Of a stretch of 42,180 nucleotides of DNA, positions 34,516-42,180 are shown one piece after another. Below the pieces are notes generated by a model that saw only the letters and a list, made by a program, of their open reading frames with translations, was not told the DNA's origin and did no database searches. Each line of letters starts with the position of its first letter. The stretch's first letter is position 1. A program made the translations under genes and the position numbers. The stretch is from Chiloscyllium plagiosum (taxonomy: Eukaryota), in assembly GCF_004010195.1 (NCBI RefSeq), contig NC_057718.1, positions 58,122,182-58,164,361 on the forward strand, written 5' to 3'.

Positions 34516-34801
34516 TGTTCTTGTCAAATAGCAGGCCCCATTGTCAAAACTGCCAAGCTACCTTCTCCTGCAGAATGGAAAATTACCACAGAGACACAAC
34601 GAGGTCCTATGTGGCTGTTAATAGTCCATTTAAGAGTCTCAATAAGCCCAAAGGCATGTAAACTCTGAGTTGAGCAGGCTTAATGCAATAGCCACCTGAT
34701 TTATTTTAGGTCACCTCTGCTTTCAAATGTAGTGGGGGCACACACTCTCCAATATCTCACTGATGTGGTTGTTCTACATTATTGGGCCAAGGCAAAGCAT
34801 G

Positions 34802-35005
34802 AACTGAAAATGTTTTGCTGGAAAAGCGCAGCAGGTCAGGCAGCATCCAAGGAGCAGGAGAATCGACATTTCGGGCATGAGCCCTTCTTCAGGAATGCCC
34901 GAAACGTCAATTCTCCTGCTCCTTGGATGCTGCCTGACCTGCTGCACTTTTCCAACAACACATTTTCAGCTCTGATCTCCAGCATCTGCAGTCCTCACTT
35001 TTTCC
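34802..35005. mobile_element. Palindromic PLE family A mini-element
   Basis: Perfect 15-bp TSD ccaaggcaaagcatg (34787-34801, 35006-35020). Inverted arms meet at the hammerhead motif. The minus-strand arm carries CUGAAGA-a-gggc-ucau-gccc-GAAA-UGUC (34865-34892). Confidence 0.9.
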
Positions 35006-35142
35006 CCAAGGCAAAGCATGTCAGCAATCTGGCCATTACATATTTGAGACATGCCTGGATCCTTGGATGACGTTCACACATGTTCAATGGATCATGTTTA
35101 CAAGCAGGAACTGTGGATGATTTTTCCTCCTTTTCTCTAACA

Positions 35143-35255
35143 GAGATTTAGATTCAGATTTTAGATTTTATTGTCACTTGTACTCAAGTACAGAAACACA
35201 GGAATACAGTGAAAAGTGTATAATGTTGCCACACATGGAGCCATCTTAGATACCC
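35143..35255 (-). mobile_element. Non-LTR 3' end of the same family as 12612-12807
   Basis: (gatttag)-like tail and tgtcacttgtactcaagtacag...cagtgaaaagtgta, the reverse of 12737-12790. Confidence 0.55.
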
Positions 35256-36239
35256 AGTATCTTGGAACAAAAGACGTAGGGGCAAAGTGGTAAGAGAAAT
35301 TAGAGTTTAGAAGTTAAGTATTACTTCAAAAAATAGTAGAAAAATAGAGAAATACAGTAATAATTAAGATTAAAATCTTGCATAGTTTAAACTTGGAGAA
35401 TAAAGGAATAAGTTAAAAGTTCAACAGTCTTTGATGAATACTCAATTTAACTTATTCTCTGACAGATTATATTATACCAAGACCACAGTTGAGACCAGCT
35501 AACTCATTCAGACTCAGAATTAAATCTCAGCCTTCTGTTTGTGTGGCTCAGCCAGAGCCTGACTTTATTAATTACCCTTCAGAGCGACCCACAAGTATTA
35601 AATTTATACAATTCCTTGCTGCTCGATTAAAAATGATTCTGGATACATTTCTGATAGTGAAATCTCATTTTCTCATTTAGAAATGTCAGCACATCAACAG
35701 TGGTGGGTGTTATGACATTGACACTTTGGATGTCAATGTGCTAAGAGGAGAAGTTAAATCTCGCAGTCTATAAATTGATGGGTTGTCTCTAATCTATTTA
35801 GGCCACCAGAGATTTACTGCTCCGGAAAAAGCTGTGAGTGACAGTCCCACCAGTCACAAAGATATCAACAATATTTTTTGCAAATAGTATACACTCTTGA
35901 GGGCTCCGTGAAACTTTTGGTTATTAATCTCTAAATTGAGCTGCCCCTCAATTTTTAAGTAACTGAATGAATTGTCCATAATTTACTGGTAGCAGCTTTG
36001 CATAATTAAAACTTTTTCAATGAGATTGATATTAAACATTCTCCTCCTAAGAAAAAAATATTGCATTTGTCAACTATTTGAGCTGCGAGGATTTCATAGA
36101 ATGATTGAATTGTATAATCTAAAAGGAGGCTATTAGGACCCTCATGTCTGTGTCTTTAGTCCCTATCTTTTCCCATAGTCCAAAGATTGTAGATGGAGTG
36201 CTAATTAAGCTGGCCGTTTCTTTTCCCTTGATGATGTTA

Positions 36240-37620
36240 AGCTGCTGAGTATTGTAGCTAGACTGTCTTTTCTGTTGAAATAGAAATCACAACACTATCA
36301 ATCAAATACTGCATCATGGTTAGGTCTGTAATTCTTCTCAAGGAGGTAGTGACCACTTCCATGTTGGAAAGCATGGCTTCCATGTTGTGTGGAAAACCAT
36401 GTTCAAGGTTACTGCTGGAATGCTCCATGCTCCTCAATAGTGACAGTTGGTTTTCAGGTGGGTTTTCCAATGTGTTGAGCATTCCTGTATGAATAGCCAA
36501 CAGTTTTATTTCCTGCAAGCTGCACCCAAAATATCTTTATTCGCAGCACAGCCCATAGCCATCTTTCTTTCCATTGAACTGGCACCTGTGCTACCTTACC
36601 ACCTGTGCTACCTTACCACCTGTGCTATTCATGCCCATTTTCTCACCAGGAGCAGATTCTGCTTCAAAGCTATTCGAGAAAGTACAGGCAATGTCACTAT
36701 GAGCTGGTGGCTGCTAGTCTCAGAGGGAATATTGGGATTTCCCCATCATTGGAATCTTCTATCACTTCTCGTTTCTCCAGCACTACCTAGCTACCTTGCA
36801 GTACTCTGGCACAAGAAAAGCAAAAGCAACAAGTACAAGGTTGTGGTGAGGGGAGGGAGGAAGCAAGAGATACATGTTTACTCCAGCTTCAGCTTGTAAA
36901 TTCAAAGTGTTTTGAGGATGACAGAGGAGTGAAATGTGAGGAGGATGAGGCATGAGCACATGAATTGTTTCAGCCCTGTCACTGTCCTTGGCCTCATGAA
37001 CATTCTAGGAATGGAAAACACTGTCCTCCATGGAGCTGTGTCTTTCCCCCACCACTTGGTTCTGGCAGCATGTGTCTCCAAAGATTGTAGATGGAGTGCT
37101 GCTAGTGAATCTTTGGCCTGAAGGGAGAAGGATGTGCCTCAGTAAATGGTGCATTTGGTGTAAATGGTGTATATTTGGGGAATGTGGCTCATGTGCATAA
37201 TTGTGCATGCTACCCTCTATCTACCAGGTGAAATATAGTTGTGGAATTTGAAGAAGGCAAGGGTGGGAGGTGAAGCCACAAATGTGAGGCGTGAGTCCTA
37301 GTTGATATACAATGTTAATCAGTGAGTGGTGGTACTGTGGTGTGTCAAAATTAACAGAGGCTTGTTATTCACTTATCAATGTCTGATAATTGCAGATACG
37401 TTTATGCAGATTGACAATTTGTTTGAAGACAATCAACCTCTTCCTGCACTGCATCCAGATCCTTGGGGCTACAATATTGACTTTTATTCCAATGGCTATG
37501 CTCTCATTGACTTCTCAGAATTTGGCAGGGGGACAACCTGACTTGCTGCTAGTACATTAACTGCCCCCACTATGTCCAGCTCATACACAATGGCATCAAA
37601 CATTACAACAGAGAATATTG
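36240..37620 (-). mobile_element. Possible decayed DNA-transposon (PIF/Harbinger-like) accessory-ORF region
   Basis: ORF 36258-36518 (SMEHSSSNLEHGF...MLSNMEVVTTSL..DLTMMQ) resembles, from memory only, a repeated shark sequence of this class. No TIR or catalytic motif identified. Confidence 0.25.
36583..36627. repeat. 17-bp tandem repeat, about 2.6 copies
   Basis: cacctgtgctaccttac twice, then cacctgtgcta. Confidence 0.9.
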
Positions 37621-37789
37621 GTGAACACTGTGCTCAATAGTGCCTTATAAATTATTTCAGGTTACAGAATGTTCAGTTTCTTCGAACACCTACTCCAGCC
37701 AGAATGTGCCTCCCCTTAAAGAGCAGCAGGCTGCATTTTTGTGGCAGTGGCATTGCATGAGCTTGGGTTAAGGTATGCAGTGAGCTAGC

Positions 37790-40700
37790 TGAGTATTTGT
37801 GCAGGACTCCACGGCACAGTGTGTTTGTGCAAGACTCCACAGGACACTGTCTGTGCAGGGCTCCACAGGACAGTGTGTTTATGCAGGACTCCACAGGACA
37901 GTGTGTTTGTGCAGGACTCCACAGGACATTGTGTTTGTGCCAGACTCCACAGGACAGTGTGTTTGTGCAGGGCTCCACTGGAGAGCGTGTGTGTGTGCAG
38001 GGCTCCACAGCACAGTGTACTTGTGCTGGGATGCACAAGACAGTGTGTTTGTGCAGGGTTGCATGGCACAGTGTATTTGTGCAGGGCTCCCAATGTGGTG
38101 TGTTGGTGCAGGTTTCCACTGGACAGCATATTTATGCAGGATTTCGCAGCACAGTGTGTTTGTGCTAGGGTCCACAAGACAGTGTGTTTGTGCAGGACTT
38201 CACAGCACAGTGTGTTTATGCAGGGCTCCACAGCACAGTGTGTTTATGCAGGGCGCTACAGCACAGAGTGTTTATGCAGGGCTCCAAGGCGCAGTGTGTT
38301 TATGCAGGGCTCCACAGCACAGTGTATTTATGCAGGGTGCTAGAGCACAGTGTGTTTATGCAGGGCGCTACAGCACAGTGTGTTTATGCAGGGCAAAACA
38401 GCACAGTGTGTTTATGCAGGGCGCTACAGCAAAGTGTGTTTATGCAGCGCTCCACAGCACAGTGTGTTTATGCAGGGCTCCTACAGCACAGTGTGTTTCT
38501 GCAGGGCGCTACAGCACAGTGTGTTTATGCAGGGCTCCACACCCCGATGTGTTTATGCAGGGCTCCACAGCACAGTGTGTTTAAGCAGGGCTCCACAGCA
38601 CATTGTGTTTGTGCAAGGCATTACAGCACAGTGTGTTTATGCAGGGCTCCAAAGCACAGAGTGTTTATACAGAACTCCACAGCACAGTGTGTTTATGCAG
38701 GGCGCTACAGCACAGTGTGTTTATGCAGGGCTCCACACCCCGGTGTGTTTATGCAGGGCTCTACAGCCCAGTGCGTTTATGCAGGGCTCCACAGCACAGT
38801 GTGTTTAAGCAGGGCTCCACAGCACATTGTGTTTGTGCAGGGCATTACAGCACAGTGTGTTTATGCAGGGCTCCAAAGCACAGAGTGTTTATACAGGACT
38901 CCACAGCACAGTGTGTTTATGCAGGACTCCACAGGACAGTGTGTCTATGCAGGGCTCCACAGCACAGTGTGTCGATGCAGGGCGTTACAGCACAGTGTGT
39001 TTATGCAGGGCTCCACAGCCCGGTGTGTTTATGCAGGGCTCCACAAACCAGTGTGTTTATGCAGGGCTCCACAGCACAGTGTGTTTATGCAGGGCTCAAC
39101 AGCACAGTGTGTTTATGCAGGGCTCCACAGCACATAGTGTTTATGCAGGACTCCACAGCACAGTGTGTGTGTGCAGGATCCACAGGACAGTGTGTTTATG
39201 CAGGACTCCACAGCACAGTGTGTGTGTGTGCAGGATCCACAGGACCGACCGTGTGTTTGTGCAGGACTCCACAGCACAGTGTGTTTGTGCAGGACTCCAC
39301 AGGACAGTGTGTTTGTGCAGGGCTCCACAGGACAGTGTGTTTGTGCAGGGCTCCACAGCACTGTGTGTTTGTGCAGGACTCCACAGGGCAGTGTGTTTGT
39401 GCAGGAGTCCACAGGGCAGTGTGTTTGTGCAGGACACCATAGGGCACTGTGTTTGTGGAGGACTCCACAGGACACTGTGTTTGTGCAGGGCTCCACAGGA
39501 CAGTGTGTTTGTGCAGGACTGCACAGGACACTGTGTTTGTGCCGGACTCCACAGGACATTGTGTTTGTGCCGGACTCAACAGGACAGTGTGTGTGTGCAG
39601 GGCTCCACTGGAGAGCGTGTGTGTGCAGGGCTCCACAGCACAGTGTACTTGTGGTGGGATCCACAACACAGTGTGTTTATGCAGCGCTCTACAGCACAGT
39701 GTGTTTAAGTAGGGCTCCACAGCACAGTGTGTTTATGCAGGGCTCCACAGCACAGTGTGTTTATGCAGGGCTCCACGGCACAGTGTGTTGATGTAGGGCA
39801 TTACAGCACAGTGAGTTTATGCAGGGCACCACAGCACAGAGTGTTTATGCAGGACTCCACAGGACAGTGTGTCTGTGCAGGGCTCCACAGGACACAGTGT
39901 TTGTGCAGGGCTCCACAGGACAGTGTGTTTATGCAGGACTCCACAGGACACTGTGTTTGTGCAGGACTCCACAGGACATTGTGTTTGTGCAGGGCTCCAC
40001 AGAACACTGTGTTTGTGCAGGGCTCCACAGGACACTGTGTTTGTGCAGGTCTCCACAGGACAGTGTGTCTGTGCAGGATTCCACAGGACCGTGTGTTTGT
40101 GCAGGATTCAATAGGGCACTGTGTTTGTGCAGGGCTCCACAGGACACAGTGTTTGTGCAGGGCTCCACAGGACAGTGTGTTTGTGCAGGACTCCACAGGA
40201 CACTGTGTTTGTGCAGGACTCCACAGGACATTGTGTTTGTGCAGGGCTCCACAGGACACTGTGTTTGTGCAGGGCTCCACAGGACACTGTGTTTCTGCAG
40301 GTCTCCACAGGACAGTGTGTTTGTGCAGGACTTCACAGGACAGTGTGTCTGTGCAGGATTCCACTGGACCGTGTGTTTGTGCAGGACTCCACAGGACACT
40401 GTGTTTGTGCAGGGCTCCACAGGACAGTGTGTTTATGCAGGACTCCAGAGGACATTGAGTTTGTGCCAGACTCCACAGGTTAGTGTGTTTGTGCAGGGCT
40501 CCACTGTAGAGCGTGTGTGTGCAGGGCTCCACAGCACAGTGTACTTGTGCTGGGATCCACAAGACAGTGTGTTTGTGCAGGGTTCCACGGCACAGTGTGT
40601 TTGTGCAGGGCTCCCAATGTGGTGTGTTGGTGCAGGTTTCCACTGGACAGTATATTTGTGCAGGATTTCGCAGCACAGTCTGTTTGTGCTGGGGTCCACA

Positions 40701-42180
40701 AGACAGTGTGTGTGTGCAGGATCCACAGGACCGTGTGTTTGTGCAGGACTCCACAGCACAGTGTGTTTGTGCAGGACTCCACAGCACAGTGTGTGTGTGC
40801 AGGATCCACAGGACAGTGTGTTTATGCAGGACTCTACAGCACAGTGTGTGTGTGCAGGATCCACAGGACCGTGTGTTTGTGCAGGACTCCACAGCACAGT
40901 GTGTTTGTGCAGGACTCCACAGGACAGTGTGTTTGTGCAGGGCTCCACAGGACACTGGGTTTGTGCAGGAATCCACAGGACAGTGTGTTAATGCAGGGCT
41001 CCACAGAACACTGTGTTTGTGCAGGGCTCCACAGGACACTGTGTTTGTGCAGGTCTCCATAGGACAGTGTGTTTGTGCAGGACTCCACAGGACAGTGTGT
41101 CTGTGCAGGATTCCACAGGACCGTGTGTTTGTGCAGGACTCCATAGGGCACTGTGTTTGTGCAGGGCTCCTCAGGACACAGTGTTTGTGCAGGACTCCAC
41201 AGGTCAGTGTGTTTGTGCAGGGCTCCACTGGAGAGTGTGTGTGTGCAGGGCTCCACTGTAGAGCGTGTGTGTGCAGGGCTCCACAGCATAGTGTACTTGT
41301 GCTGGGATCCACAAGACAGTGTGTTTGTGCAGGGTTCCACGGCACAGTGTGTTTGTGCATGGCTCCCAATGTGGTGTGTTGGTGCAGGTTTCCACTGGAC
41401 AGTATATTTGTGCAGGATTTCGCAGCACAGTGTGTTTGTGCTGGGGTCCACAAGACAGTGTGTTTGTGCAGGACTTCAGACCAGTGTGCTAGTGCAGGAT
41501 ATCACAGGAGAATGTGTTTGTGCAGGAGTCCAAACGACAGTGTGTTTATGCAGTGCTCCACGGGACAGTGTGTTTATGCAGGGCTACACGGGACAGTGTG
41601 TTTGTGCAGGACTCCACAGGACATTGTGTTTGTGCCGGACTCCACAGGTCAGTGTGTTTGTGCAGGGCTCCACTGGAGAGCGTTTGTGTGCAGGGCTCCA
41701 CTGTAGAGCGTGTGTGTGCAGGGCTCCACAGCACAGTGTACTTGTGCTGGGATCCACAAGACCGTGTGTTTGTGCAGGGTTCCATGGCACAGTGTGTTTG
41801 TGCAGGGCTCCCAATGTGGTGTGTTGGTGCAGGTTTTCACTGGACAGTATATTTGTGCAGGATTTCGCAGCATAGTGTGTTTGTGCTGGGGTCCACAAGA
41901 CAGTGTGTTTGTGCAGGACTTCAGAGCACAGTGTGCTGGTGCAGGATATCACAGGACAATGTGTTTGTGCAGGAGTCCAAAGGACAGTGTGTCTGTGCAG
42001 GGCTCCACGGGACAGGGTGTTTATGCAGGGCTCCACGGGACAGTGTGTTTATGCAGGGCTCCACGGGACAGTGCGTCTATGCAGGGCTCCTGAGCACAGT
42101 GTGTTTATGCAGGGCACTACAGCACAGTGTGTTTATGCAGGGCTCCACAGCACAGTATGTTTATGCAGGGCGCTACCGCA
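37790..42180. repeat. 28-bp minisatellite/satellite array (~157 units, runs off the window)
   Basis: Consensus GCAGG(G/A)CTCCACAG(C/G)ACAGTGTGTTT(A/G)T, uninterrupted by transposons. Confidence 0.98.

Noticed and set aside
37673..42093. Keratin-associated or metallothionein-like Cys-rich CDSs
   Set aside because: They overlap in all frames on both strands and are fully explained by translation of the 28-bp repeat.
37790..42180. CRISPR array (28-bp repeats)
   Set aside because: Units are head-to-tail with no unique spacers; no cas genes; eukaryotic context.

Overview
Eukaryotic, repeat-dense non-coding DNA. HE1-type SINEs and CR1/HER1-type LINEs suggest a cartilaginous fish (shark); this is an inference. 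I recognise no host gene exon, tRNA, rRNA or CRISPR array. Main contents: (1) a decayed canonical-order Ty3/Gypsy pol (1-2280). (2) A near-complete minus-strand Gmr1-like Gypsy element (2994-11249) with two LTRs and PR-IN-RT-RH order. It sits inside an older CR1 and itself carries two CR1s, an HE1 SINE and a ribozyme-bearing Penelope end. (3) Five Penelope-like (PLE) insertions carrying minimal hammerhead-ribozyme motifs. Three are inverted-repeat structures with 11-15 bp TSDs, and four are truncated right at the ribozyme's CUGANGA box. (4) Many CR1, second-family LINE, HE1 and Deu-type SINE fragments, a solo LTR and a 165-bp hAT MITE. (5) Several templated or captured insertions: a 1.2-kb composite that splits a CR1 exactly in frame, a 169-bp inverted local copy, an 85-bp duplication around a poly(A)-signal stub, and a 24-bp filler. 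(6) A >4.3-kb 28-bp minisatellite with higher-order structure (37790 to window end), which explains all the Cys-rich ORFs. Family names come from motif recognition and memory, not database searches. Boundaries of degenerate fragments are approximate.
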